A stretch of DNA of 57,002 nucleotides, from contig CANQYK010000002.1 in the NCBI GenBank assembly GCA_947628065.1, forward strand, positions 1 through 57,002. Reading direction: 5' to 3'. How positions within the stretch are numbered: the first letter of the stretch is position 1; each line of letters starts with the position of its first letter. A model generated the notes under the pieces. It was not told the DNA's origin. It did no database searches and saw only the letters and a program-made list of their open reading frames with translations. Position numbers and translations under genes: made by a program. The DNA is from an uncultured Bacilli bacterium. Lineage in GTDB: Bacteria > Bacillota_I > Bacilli_A > RF39 > UBA660. Below, in pieces: positions 15,682 through 24,897 of the stretch.

Positions 15682-15816
15682 GTGTCTTGTCAAAGTAATC
15701 AATCATCTGTCACAACTACAAGTTGTGGTGGATCTGGTTCTAGAAATAGCTTTGTAATTATAATTGTATTATATATCTTACTTGCTATTATTCTAGGTAG
15801 CGTATGTACTTGGTAA
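15682..15816 (+). CDS. Tiny TM peptide, YjcZ-family-like (44 aa)
   Basis: Absent from the ORF track. AAGGAAGGTG RBS, then GTG. Product is MSCQSNQSSVTTTSCGGSGSRNSFVIIIVLYILLAIILGSVCTW. A hairpin with a T-run follows at about 15830-15870. Confidence 0.5.
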   Translation: MSCQSNQSSVTTTSCGGSGSRNSFVIIIVLYILLAIILGSVCTW

Positions 15817-15898
15817 AATAAGTAGGAAAAAGCACAAATCTTTATTTTGTGTTTTTTTTTTCTTTCTTTTATCCATACTATAGATGGAGGGATGAAGA

Positions 15899-16399
15899 AT
15901 GTATTATTATATGAATAATTTTTTTCTTTTTTCCATGGTTGGTTATCTTTATGAAAATACCCTTCATTTTTTGATGCATCACCATATGACGGAAAATCCC
16001 TTTTTTGGGCCATGGATGCCAATTTATGGTTTTGGTGTTGTCATTATTCTTTTTTTAACGCACATAATCTTTCATTTTTTTAAAATGCCAACATGGGCAA
16101 AAATGATTTGTTTGTTTCTTTTGTCTTTGATTGTATTAACCGTCTTAGAAGAAATAGGGGGCATTTTAACAGAACAGGTTTTTCATAAAAGTTATTGGGA
16201 TTATCGTGAATTTCGGTTTAACCATGGAAAATATATTGCCCTTGAAGTATCCCTTGGTTGGGGCATTGCGTCTATTTTCTTTTTGTATTTGATAAAACCA
16301 TGGACCGATAAAATTGTTTCAAAAATACCCAAATTTTTAAGTCTTGTTTTTCTTGTTGTCTTCTTTCTTGATTTTCTTTTTTCTTTTTCGATTTTATGA
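15899..16399 (+). CDS. Membrane protein, putative ABC-transporter type IV (CmpB/PF06541-like)
   Basis: FSMVGYLYEN...FGPWMPIYGFG pattern. Multi-TM protein. Confidence 0.6.
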   Translation: MYYYMNNFFLFSMVGYLYENTLHFLMHHHMTENPFFGPWMPIYGFGVVIILFLTHIIFHFFKMPTWAKMICLFLLSLIVLTVLEEIGGILTEQVFHKSYWDYREFRFNHGKYIALEVSLGWGIASIFFLYLIKPWTDKIVSKIPKFLSLVFLVVFFLDFLFSFSIL

Positions 16400-16425
16400 T
16401 ATAGTAGAGTAAAGTTGGTGATATT

Positions 16426-17019
16426 ATGTTAACAAAAGAAGAAATAAAACATCTTATTATGGTACTAGAAAAGGATATCTTAACGGAAAAGGATGAAAAA
16501 AAAATTAACCAATTCTTTTTTTCTTACCCAACCAGTTTAGAAGAAGAAGTGGATCTTATTTTGGTTTTATCTAGTAGTGCGATGGAGCGAATTAAAAAAG
16601 CAGTGGAACTTTCCAAAAAGTGGAAAACGCCAATATTAATTAGTGGCTCTAACTATGTAGAAAAAGATCAAATGTTAGAAGATGAAAGATATTATTTGTA
16701 TGCAGTTTCTCATGGAATAGAAGATATCATATTAGAAAATAACAGTCATAATACCAAAGAAAATATGATAGAAAGTATTAAAATATTAAAGAAGAAAAAA
16801 GTAAAAAGAATAGCACTTGTTACTAGTAGTCAACATATGTTAAGAGCAATTCTAACCTTTCAAAAAGAACAAAAGAAAAGGAAACTAGAAATTTTACTTT
16901 TTCCTGTTTGTTGTTATGCTAGTAAAGTACCAAAAGGAAAGTGGATAGATCAAAAAGATGCGAAAGAAATTATCAAAGGAGAATTAAAACGTCTTTTAAA
17001 ATATCGATTAATAAAATAA
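16426..17019 (+). CDS. YdcF/ElyC/SanA (DUF218) family protein
   Basis: DLILVLSSS...PILISG...NSHNTKEN...ALVTSSQHMLRA pattern of DUF218. Confidence 0.7.
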   Translation: MLTKEEIKHLIMVLEKDILTEKDEKKINQFFFSYPTSLEEEVDLILVLSSSAMERIKKAVELSKKWKTPILISGSNYVEKDQMLEDERYYLYAVSHGIEDIILENNSHNTKENMIESIKILKKKKVKRIALVTSSQHMLRAILTFQKEQKKRKLEILLFPVCCYASKVPKGKWIDQKDAKEIIKGELKRLLKYRLIK

Positions 17020-17036
17020 AAAAATGTAAGGGATCC

Positions 17037-17420
17037 CTACATTTCTTTTTTGTATACTTTTCCTTTTTCCTCTTGTAATTGTTGATAATTGGTAAGATAT
17101 AAAACATAATTCGAAAAAAGAACGTCACCATTTTCTAGTATTTGCATTGGAAATCTTTCTTTTTCAAGCCGAAATTTACATCCGTTAAATGTAAGTTCAT
17201 GAAATTTGATAATATCTTTCTTTAAGTCATCATTTTCATCTAATACATATCCCCGAACAACTGCCCCATATTGCGATACAATCATGTGGTTTTCTCGATC
17301 TACTTGGAAAGAAGGATCCATTAAATCTTCTACCTTAACAAAGGTATCGAAAGTAATTTTTCCATCTTCTGTGGTTTTAAATTTTGGTAGTTTTTTAGAA
17401 TCTTCTATAACTGGTATCAT
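17037..17420 (-). CDS. Hypothetical protein (127 aa)
   Basis: ORF with a GGGAGGTGA RBS. No family recognised. Confidence 0.5.
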   Translation of the reverse strand: MIPVIEDSKKLPKFKTTEDGKITFDTFVKVEDLMDPSFQVDRENHMIVSQYGAVVRGYVLDENDDLKKDIIKFHELTFNGCKFRLEKERFPMQILENGDVLFSNYVLYLTNYQQLQEEKGKVYKKEM

Positions 17421-17482
17421 GATATCACCTCCCTTGTTTTTTTATTATAGTCGTTTTTTCTATTTTTGCAAAGAAAAAAGAA

Positions 17483-17875
17483 CTATTCGTTCTTCAAAAT
17501 ATCATAAATCGTTGAAACATCTCTCATACCTTCTTTTTTAAGAGGAAAGTTATCATTTTGATATCTTGGAATAACATGAATATGAAAATGTTTTACCTCT
17601 TGTCCATAATCATTGTTTTGAGAAATCGTAAGTCCATCGATATTTAACTTTTCCTTTAAAAGAGGATATAGTTTTTCTTTGATTACTTCTAACATATATT
17701 CTCTTATCTCTTTGTCTGTATCCAATAAGTTTTGATAATGCTTTTTTGGAACAATTAATAAATGCCCTTCGTTAACGGGACTAATATCCAAAAACACCTT
17801 TACTTTCTCATCTTCATAAACCGTATTTGATGGAATTTCACCCTTTATGATTTTGCAGAATAAACAATCTTCCAT
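17483..17875 (-). CDS. HIT family hydrolase
   Basis: CLFCKI at the N-terminus and the histidine triad HFHIHVIP. Confidence 0.9.
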   Translation of the reverse strand: MEDCLFCKIIKGEIPSNTVYEDEKVKVFLDISPVNEGHLLIVPKKHYQNLLDTDKEIREYMLEVIKEKLYPLLKEKLNIDGLTISQNNDYGQEVKHFHIHVIPRYQNDNFPLKKEGMRDVSTIYDILKNE

Positions 17876-18525
17876 ATATTATCTTCTCCTTTTCCTAACG
17901 TTATTGTACGACTTTCTTCTTTCGTTTTCAAGGTTAAACTTATTTTTTCGGGAACGATTTTTTCTTGTTCCAAAAGACTTGATAAAAGAAGTAGATCTGC
18001 ATCCGTCTTTAAAAAATCGTTTGTTTTTTTGTCGATCGAAAGCGTATAAAGACCACTTGCTTTTAAGTCTTTTTCTTTTATTATAATATCTTGTTCTTGT
18101 TTTACATATTTATTAAGAGGGTAAAAGGAAACTTCTTGTAAGGAAAAGTCAGTATCTTCGAAAATCGTTTGTACTTTTTTTTCGATTTCTTGTTTTTGCA
18201 TCGATAAAAGAGATTCTCCTTCTTGATAACTTTTCTTATAATTACTTTTTATTTTTTTCTTTTTATACGTAATTTGAAAATTTAATTCCTTCCTTTTGGA
18301 ATTGGAATACGTAATAAAATAACTTTTTTCTTTCTTGTTATATTCTAGTTTTCCTTTTTTTATTCCCGTAAGAGAAGAATAGTGTTCTTCATAATAAGAG
18401 GTTATTTTTTTTTCAATATAAGGATAAAATAGAATTCCTCCTTTTTCTTGTACTAAAATAACACTAAAAAACGTAACAACAGTTAAAAATAAGATTGCTT
18501 GCCCAAGCATTAATTTTGTTTTCAT
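17845..18525 (-). CDS. Membrane-anchored hypothetical protein
   Basis: Start ATG at 18525 follows a GAGGTG RBS. It has a single N-terminal TM. The 3' end overlaps the HIT gene start. Confidence 0.5.
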   Translation of the reverse strand: MKTKLMLGQAILFLTVVTFFSVILVQEKGGILFYPYIEKKITSYYEEHYSSLTGIKKGKLEYNKKEKSYFITYSNSKRKELNFQITYKKKKIKSNYKKSYQEGESLLSMQKQEIEKKVQTIFEDTDFSLQEVSFYPLNKYVKQEQDIIIKEKDLKASGLYTLSIDKKTNDFLKTDADLLLLSSLLEQEKIVPEKISLTLKTKEESRTITLGKGEDNIWKIVYSAKS

Positions 18526-18633
18526 CCTACACCTCACACTAAACATTGTAAACGATATTTTAAAAAATTGCAATTTTGTGTTATTGTGCTATAATATAGT
18601 TGTTTTAAAAAGCCGAAAAGGAATGGTGATAAA

Positions 18634-19398
18634 ATGCTTACAATTAAAGATTTAACCGTTACAATAAAAGAGGAAGAGAAAGTGATTTTAGATGATTTTT
18701 CTCTTACCATAAAGGATGGGGAAGTTCATGCGATTATGGGACCCAATGGGGTTGGAAAAACAACACTTTCTAAGGTTATTATGCGGGATAAAAAGTATGA
18801 AGTTATAAAAGGAGAACTTTCTTTTGATGGGGAAAATCTTCTTGATAAGAAAACCGATGAAGTTTCCCGTCTTGGTATTTATTATTTGATGCAAGATCCT
18901 ATTAGTATTGAAGGCGTTACCAATAGTGAATGCATTCGAACGGCTTTAAATGAACGGATGATGGAACCCGTTAATTTATATACGTTTATCAAAGAAATGA
19001 ACCAAAATATGGAAGAATTAAAGATGGATAAAAAGATGATGCATCGGTTTGTCAATCAAGGTTTTTCTGGTGGTGAGAAGAAAAAGAATGAGGTTTTACA
19101 GTTAAAAATGTTAAAACCAAAGTTTATTTTACTCGATGAACTAGATAGTGGACTTGATGTAGATAGCTTAAAAGTAGTCGCAGATAATATCAATCAATAC
19201 CGTAAGGAAAACAAAGATACTTCTATTTTAATCATTACCCACTATAGTAGAATTTTGGATTTGATAAAGCCAGATTATGTTCATCAAATGGTAAATGGTA
19301 AAATTGTAAAAACTGGTAGTTTATCGTTTGCGAAAGAAATTGAAAAGAGTGGATATTTTAGGTTAAATGAAATAGGTGAAGAAAAAGATGGAGAATAA
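18634..19398 (+). CDS. sufC: Fe-S cluster assembly ATPase SufC
   Basis: Walker A GPNGVGKTT, signature FSGGEKKK, Walker B ILLDELDSGLD. Confidence 0.92.
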   Translation: MLTIKDLTVTIKEEEKVILDDFSLTIKDGEVHAIMGPNGVGKTTLSKVIMRDKKYEVIKGELSFDGENLLDKKTDEVSRLGIYYLMQDPISIEGVTNSECIRTALNERMMEPVNLYTFIKEMNQNMEELKMDKKMMHRFVNQGFSGGEKKKNEVLQLKMLKPKFILLDELDSGLDVDSLKVVADNINQYRKENKDTSILIITHYSRILDLIKPDYVHQMVNGKIVKTGSLSFAKEIEKSGYFRLNEIGEEKDGE

Positions 19399-20005
19399 AA
19401 TAATAACAAAGGGTAGAAAGAAGATTTTTTGCAAGCAAGAAAACTATTTCTTTTGTTTGACGGAAGATAGTAGTATCGAACTTTTTGTAAACGATAAAGT
19501 ATCCATTACCATTTTTTCAAGTAACTATACCCTAGATCTTAAAATTCATTTAAGAGAACAAGGAGATGTTTCACTGTTTTTCGCATCGCTTACCGAGAGA
19601 AATTTAAAGCACAAAATAGCAGTCTATCATGAAGAAGAAAAAACAAAGAGTAATGTTATTTGTCATGGAGTAAGCATCAAAAATTATCGTCTTATTTTTG
19701 ATGTTCGTGGTTATATTCCAAAAGGAATAGTATCTTGTGTTTGCAATCAAGAAAGTATCATTCATACCTTAGATGATGGAGAAGGAGAGATTCATCCTAA
19801 TCTTTATATTGATGAATTTGATGTAGAAGCCAATCATTCTTCTTTTATTGGACCTTTTAAGGAAGATGTTATGTTTTATCTTGCTACCAAAGGAATCAAA
19901 AGAAAAACCAGTAAAAAACTACTGTTAGAAGCCTTTTTAATTCCGAAGGAAGATGTCAAAGAAGAATTAAAAAAAGCCATTGAGACGATTATTTTTAGGA
20001 GGTGA
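19388..20005 (+). CDS. sufD: Short SufB/SufD-family protein (about 205 aa)
   Basis: C-terminal pattern EANHSSFIGPFKEDVMFYLATKGIKRKTSKKLLLEAFL matches the SufB/D (UPF0051) C-terminus. The start is uncertain (GTG at 19376 or ATG at 19388). Confidence 0.7.
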   Translation: MENKIITKGRKKIFCKQENYFFCLTEDSSIELFVNDKVSITIFSSNYTLDLKIHLREQGDVSLFFASLTERNLKHKIAVYHEEEKTKSNVICHGVSIKNYRLIFDVRGYIPKGIVSCVCNQESIIHTLDDGEGEIHPNLYIDEFDVEANHSSFIGPFKEDVMFYLATKGIKRKTSKKLLLEAFLIPKEDVKEELKKAIETIIFRR

Positions 20006-20009
20006 TAAT

Positions 20010-21203
20010 GTGAATCGGGAAGATTTTCCTATTTTAAAAACAGATCTTATTTATTTTGATAATGCTGCAACAACACTAAAACCAAAGTGTGTCGTTGATA
20101 AAATGATGGAGTACTATCTTAATTATCCAGCAAATATTCATAGAGGGGATTATGAAATAAGTTTAAAGGCCAGTGAAGAATATGAAGATGCAAGAAATGT
20201 AGTGGCGTCATTTCTTCATGCCAAACCAAAAGAGATTGTCTTTACGAGTGGTACCACCGATGGAATGAATCAAATTGTCTTTGGTTTTATGGAAGATTAT
20301 TTAGAAGAGGGCGATGAAGTATTATTAACAAAGTCCGAACATGCATCGAATATGATTCCATGGTTTGAACTGAAAAAAAAGAAAAAAATAAAAATAACGT
20401 ATCTTCCTTTGAATGAAAATCATGAATTAGAACTTGAAAGTGTAGAGAAAACCATATCGGATCAAACGAAAGTAATTTCTATTGCTGCTATTACCAATGT
20501 AGTAGGGGATGTAAGACCGATTAAGGAAATTGGTAAAATAGCGAAAGAAAAAAATATTTTGTTTGTTGTTGATGGGGCACAAAGTGTACCACATAGTAAA
20601 ACCAATGTAGAAGAAGATAACATTGATTTTCTAGTGTTTTCTGCTCATAAAATGTTAGGTGGAACCGGACTTGGTGTTTTGTATGGAAAAGAACATCTCT
20701 TAGAAGCGTTAAGACCACTTTCTTATGGAGGGGGAATGAATCAGTCCTTTGATAGTGATGGCATGGTAGAGTATAAAAGTATTCCAACAAGACTAGAGGC
20801 AGGAACACCTCCTATTGCTGAAGTGATTGGATTAAAAGAAGCTATTCTTTATTTGGAAAAGATTGGAATGGATAATATTCGAAAAAAAGAGTTGGAACTA
20901 AAAAAATATTTGGTCGAAAAACTAGAAGAAAATGATAAAATTGTTTTGTATAATAAAACCAGTGAAAGTGGCATTCTTGCTTTTAATATTGATGGTGTCT
21001 TTAGTCAAGATACAGCAATTTATTTGGATCACTATCATATTTGTGTAAGAGCAGGAAACCATTGTGCGAAAGTATTAAAGGATGAGATTAATATCAAAAA
21101 TACGTGTCGTGTTAGTTTATACTTTTATAATACCAAAGAAGAAATCGATCGATTGGTAGAGGTGATATCTCATTGTGATGAATTATATAATATTGTATTG
21201 TAG
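20010..21203 (+). CDS. sufS: Cysteine desulfurase SufS
   Basis: PLP-lysine region FSAHKMLGGTGLG and catalytic region RAGNHCA. GTG start follows a GGAGGTGA RBS. Confidence 0.92.
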   Translation: MNREDFPILKTDLIYFDNAATTLKPKCVVDKMMEYYLNYPANIHRGDYEISLKASEEYEDARNVVASFLHAKPKEIVFTSGTTDGMNQIVFGFMEDYLEEGDEVLLTKSEHASNMIPWFELKKKKKIKITYLPLNENHELELESVEKTISDQTKVISIAAITNVVGDVRPIKEIGKIAKEKNILFVVDGAQSVPHSKTNVEEDNIDFLVFSAHKMLGGTGLGVLYGKEHLLEALRPLSYGGGMNQSFDSDGMVEYKSIPTRLEAGTPPIAEVIGLKEAILYLEKIGMDNIRKKELELKKYLVEKLEENDKIVLYNKTSESGILAFNIDGVFSQDTAIYLDHYHICVRAGNHCAKVLKDEINIKNTCRVSLYFYNTKEEIDRLVEVISHCDELYNIVL

Positions 21204-21214
21204 GTGATAAAAAA

Positions 21215-21640
21215 ATGGAAATGGATAGAGAATTAAGAAGAGAAATCATTGTAGAAAATTATCAAAACCCTTATCACAAAGGATTAAAAAAGGAAGAAGG
21301 GTATTTGTGTGCGAATACCAATAATGAAAGTTGTATTGATAATATTGATATAGAATTAAAAATAGAAGATGGAAAGGTTGTCGATGCTAATTTTGATGGG
21401 GAAGCTTGTGCGATCTCAACTTCTGCTACTTCGATCTTTTTACAAAAAGTAATGGGAAAGAACGTAGAAGAGGTGAAAAAACTTTTGGAAAATTATCAAA
21501 ATATGATCGATGAGAAAGAGTATGATAAAGATTTATTAGAAGAATTAATTGTTTATGATGAGGTCTATTTACAACCCAATCGGAAAAAATGTGCGCTTCT
21601 TCCGAAAGAGACAATAGAAAAAATATTAAAACAATTGTGA
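21215..21640 (+). CDS. sufU: SufU/IscU-like sulfur acceptor
   Basis: NPYHKG, NESCID, GEACAIS and RKKCALLP supply the three conserved Cys positions. Confidence 0.85.
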   Translation: MEMDRELRREIIVENYQNPYHKGLKKEEGYLCANTNNESCIDNIDIELKIEDGKVVDANFDGEACAISTSATSIFLQKVMGKNVEEVKKLLENYQNMIDEKEYDKDLLEELIVYDEVYLQPNRKKCALLPKETIEKILKQL

Positions 21641-21759
21641 TAATAAAAAGTATTAGTGTGGGTACTAATGCTTTTTTCTTGTGGAAATTTTAAAAAAAAG
21701 AAAAAAAATTAAAAAAAGTTCGATTTACTGTTTATATAGATAGTAGGAGGTGTTTTGTG

Positions 21760-23841
21760 ATGCGATTAAAAACAGTCCTACAGACACGAAAAAGTGATTG
21801 TGGTATTGCTTGTTTGGAATGTATTTTATCCTATTATCAAAACAATGTTCCCAAAGAATATCTTTATCAAAAAACATTCTTTGATGGAAATGGTACAACG
21901 ATGTATGGATTAAAACAAGCGCTTGATGGTTTAGGATTTGAAACGGAGGCGAAAAAAGGAAATCTTGAAGATGAGAAGCCCTTAGTGTTTCCTTTCATTG
22001 CTCACCTTAATTTAGAAAAAGAAAAGAAAAATTCCCATTATGTGGTCGTTTCTTCTTATCAAGAAAAAGAGGTTCGAGTAATGGATCCTGCTTGTGGAAA
22101 AAAGAAGATAGAAAAAAAGCAATTTTTAGATATGGCAAGTGGTTATTATTTGTTTGTAAGACCAACTTCTAGTTGTAAACAGATTGTATTAGAGAAAAGA
22201 ATCGAACGGGATATTAAGGCTTATTTTAAAAATCACAAACTTTTCTTTCAATTCTTTTTCATTCTTTCGTTTTTTTGTTTTTCTTTTGAGTTGCTTAGCC
22301 TTTTTGAATTGAAAGTTTTTGTGAATCAAGCAATCTTACCAAGAAGAATGGAAAATGTTTTCGTTTGTTTCTCTTTCTTTTTTCTCCTTCTTCTTTTAAA
22401 AGAGGTTAGTTCTTATCTTCTCCTAATCTATCAAGCACGATCAAATTATGAGTTAAATCTACAATTAAAGAATAAAGTTTTAAGACACATTATAACACTT
22501 CCTTTTCTTTACTATAAGACGACAGAAAAAGGAAAATTTATCTCGCTTTTACAAGATATTGAATTCCTTAGTTCGTTTTTGAGTTTTTCTCTACCTTCTT
22601 TGCTTCGAAGTATTTTTCTTTTTTCCTTTTTAACCATTTACTTTTTTCTAGTCTCGAAAACGTTCTTCTTACCTTTGTTATGTTCGAATCTTGTTTTCTT
22701 ACTTTTTGTTTTCTTAGAGAAAAAAGGATTAAATAGTGATCTTGTTCAAACGAAAAAAGCACAGGATGTTTTTCATAACCAAGTTCTTCTCTTGTTTCCC
22801 TATGTTGATGTTTTAAAAGGAAATCATTTGGAAACTATATTTATAAAACGTCTTAGAAATATCAATAAAAAGGTTTCCCAATCTACTTATCAATTAGAGA
22901 AAAGAAGAGCGAAAGAGAAGAATATCTTATCCTTTTTAGAACAAGGAATGTATCTTGTTTTGTTTAGTTTTTTATCTTATTTATTCATAAACGAAAAGAT
23001 AAAAAGCTTTGCTACCTTTCTTTTGTTAGAAGGATTCCTTGTTAGTATTTTAAAAGAAGAAGAAAATTTTATGCTCTTTCTTTTATCTTACAAAGAATAC
23101 AAAAATGCGAAAAAAAGACTAGATGAACTCTTTTATGTAAAAAAGGAACTCCTTCTTCCAAATAAAGACTTTCTACCACCTAGTAGTTATACCTTACAAT
23201 TTCATAACGTATCCTATGACTATGGATTAAGATGTGTATTAAAAAATATTACCTTAACAATCGAAGAAGGGAAACATATTTTCTTTTATGGTCAAAGTGG
23301 AAGTGGAAAAAGTACCTTCTTTCAATTAATTGGGCGTTATTTAGAACCAAAGTACGGTGAAATTTCTCTTGGTGGAAGGGATATTACCCATTATAACTTG
23401 GACCAGTTAAGAAAAATTGTAACGTATGTATCGCTTGATGTGTTAGTAGAAAGTGGTTCGATAAAGGACAATATAACACTAAAAGAAGAAAGAAAAGATA
23501 TCTCACTAGAGAAAATCGTATGGATTAGTGGACTAGATCAAGTATTAAAAAGAAAAAAGCAAAGTTTATATACTTTTGTATCCGAAGAAGGAAATAACTA
23601 TAGTTCTGGTGAAAAAGCAAGAATTGCGCTTGCAAGAGCACTTTACAAAGATAGTAAGATTTATCTTTTTGATGAATGTTTTAGTAGTTTGGATATGAAG
23701 AGTGAAAGAACGATTTTAAAGCGATTGTTTCAAGAATATAAGGGAAAAACCATTCTTTATATTTCCCATCGTCTTACCAGTAAAGATTTGTTTGATAAAG
23801 TATATTATGTGAAAAAAGGAGAGATGTATGAAAAAAAGTAA
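21760..23841 (+). CDS. Bacteriocin-processing ABC transporter with N-terminal C39 peptidase domain
   Basis: C39 motifs QTRKSDCGIACL and HYVVV...MDPACG. Six-TM region. Walker A GQSGSGKST, signature SSGEKARIA, Walker B LFDECFSSLD. Confidence 0.88.
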   Translation: MRLKTVLQTRKSDCGIACLECILSYYQNNVPKEYLYQKTFFDGNGTTMYGLKQALDGLGFETEAKKGNLEDEKPLVFPFIAHLNLEKEKKNSHYVVVSSYQEKEVRVMDPACGKKKIEKKQFLDMASGYYLFVRPTSSCKQIVLEKRIERDIKAYFKNHKLFFQFFFILSFFCFSFELLSLFELKVFVNQAILPRRMENVFVCFSFFFLLLLLKEVSSYLLLIYQARSNYELNLQLKNKVLRHIITLPFLYYKTTEKGKFISLLQDIEFLSSFLSFSLPSLLRSIFLFSFLTIYFFLVSKTFFLPLLCSNLVFLLFVFLEKKGLNSDLVQTKKAQDVFHNQVLLLFPYVDVLKGNHLETIFIKRLRNINKKVSQSTYQLEKRRAKEKNILSFLEQGMYLVLFSFLSYLFINEKIKSFATFLLLEGFLVSILKEEENFMLFLLSYKEYKNAKKRLDELFYVKKELLLPNKDFLPPSSYTLQFHNVSYDYGLRCVLKNITLTIEEGKHIFFYGQSGSGKSTFFQLIGRYLEPKYGEISLGGRDITHYNLDQLRKIVTYVSLDVLVESGSIKDNITLKEERKDISLEKIVWISGLDQVLKRKKQSLYTFVSEEGNNYSSGEKARIALARALYKDSKIYLFDECFSSLDMKSERTILKRLFQEYKGKTILYISHRLTSKDLFDKVYYVKKGEMYEKK

Positions 23842-24202
23842 AAATTCTTATCTTCTTTTTGGTGTTACCATTTTCTTTTTTCTCTTCGTATTTTTTGGTT
23901 TTCTTTTTTTAAACAAAGTAACCATTCGTACTTATTTCACGCTTACTGCAATCCCCTTAACAGAAAATGAGGTTGTAGTGGCAGCTGATCTTGATAAGAA
24001 AATAGAAAAAGGAAAATTCTTCTATCTTAAAAACAAAAAGATATTTTATGAGATTGAAGATATTACCAAAGAAGACAATTATCATTACTATGTATTATCG
24101 TTATCAAAAAAAATAGATAGAAGTAAGAATATGGATATTTCTATACCCTTAGAGAAAAAATCCTTACTTAAAATACTCTATCAGAATTGGAGGTTAGAAT
24201 GA
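23828..24202 (+). CDS. Small membrane-anchored protein (possible bacteriocin export accessory or immunity protein)
   Basis: It overlaps the ABC gene's stop and the first peptide gene's start (ATGA). It has one N-terminal TM. The function is inferred only from position. Confidence 0.45.
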   Translation: MKKSKNSYLLFGVTIFFFLFVFFGFLFLNKVTIRTYFTLTAIPLTENEVVVAADLDKKIEKGKFFYLKNKKIFYEIEDITKEDNYHYYVLSLSKKIDRSKNMDISIPLEKKSLLKILYQNWRLE

Positions 24203-24351
24203 AAAGAATAACAGAAGAAGAATTAAAAAGAATCAAAGGGGGAGAGTTTACCATTTGGATGGGACTTGGAATTGCAGCAGTGATCGTCTTTTTGTCTGGT
24301 GTGATTGATGGCTTTGTAAATCCGAAAACTTGTGGAGGTGATTTGAATTGA
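24199..24351 (+). CDS. Double-glycine-leader class II bacteriocin-like peptide (50 aa)
   Basis: Absent from the ORF track. GGAGG RBS. Product is MKRITEEELKRIKGG | EFTIWMGLGIAAVIVFLSGVIDGFVNPKTCGGDLN. The leader matches the ..EL..I.GG consensus. Confidence 0.75.
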   Translation: MKRITEEELKRIKGGEFTIWMGLGIAAVIVFLSGVIDGFVNPKTCGGDLN

Positions 24352-24518
24352 AAACAGTAGAAAAAAAAGAGTTATTAACCGTAAAAGGAGGCGTAACCTT
24401 AAGTGGTACCGTTTTAGAACAATTTAATATTTTAATGGAATTGTTATTAGAAGCAGGAAGACAGGTAGGATCTTCGATTCGAAGAATAGGAAGCAAAAGT
24501 ATATGTCCAATCGAATAA
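24348..24518 (+). CDS. Double-glycine-leader peptide (56 aa), second bacteriocin or pheromone-like peptide
   Basis: Absent from the ORF track. TTG start lies 6 nt after a GGAGGTGA RBS. Product is MKTVEKKELLTVKGG | VTLSGTVLEQFNILMELLLEAGRQVGSSIRRIGSKSICPIE. Confidence 0.65.
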   Translation: MKTVEKKELLTVKGGVTLSGTVLEQFNILMELLLEAGRQVGSSIRRIGSKSICPIE

Positions 24519-24639
24519 GAAAGCTTTTTTTCATCGCTTTTCTTCTCTTTCTTTTTCTTATCTTGTTCCTTTTTGGACGCTTTTTTGGAGAATTTTTGGC
24601 TAGAATTCTTTGAAAAATGTAAAAAGTTGTAAAAATTTG

Positions 24640-24669
24640 TTGTCATAATAGGTAAAATGGTGTTATAAT
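24640..24669 (+). promoter_or_regulatory. Sigma-A promoter of rpsU
   Basis: TTGTCA (24640-24645), an 18-nt spacer, then TATAAT (24664-24669). Confidence 0.55.
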
Positions 24670-24699
24670 CAGTGTTAGAAAAAAACGAAGGGAGGGATA

Positions 24700-24897
24700 A
24701 TGATGACACAAGTGCAAGTGAAGAATGGTAATTTGGATTACGCTATTAAGAAATACAAACAAAAACTTGCTCGAAACGGGGTCCCTTCCGAAGCCAAAAA
24801 ACACGACGCTTATGACAAACCAGGAGTACGAAGAAGAAAAGCCAAAAAAGAAGCAATGAAAAATGCGCGCCGAAACGAAAGAAAAAACAATCGTTAA
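24700..24897 (+). CDS. rpsU: 30S ribosomal protein S21
   Basis: VKNGNLDYAIKKYKQKLARNGV...RRRKAKKEA is typical of S21. Confidence 0.9.
   Translation: MMTQVQVKNGNLDYAIKKYKQKLARNGVPSEAKKHDAYDKPGVRRRKAKKEAMKNARRNERKNNR

Noticed and set aside
15699-16022. A 107-aa minus-strand ORF.
   Set aside because: It overlaps the second YjcZ-like peptide gene, a terminator and the start of the CmpB-like membrane protein gene. It has no RBS.
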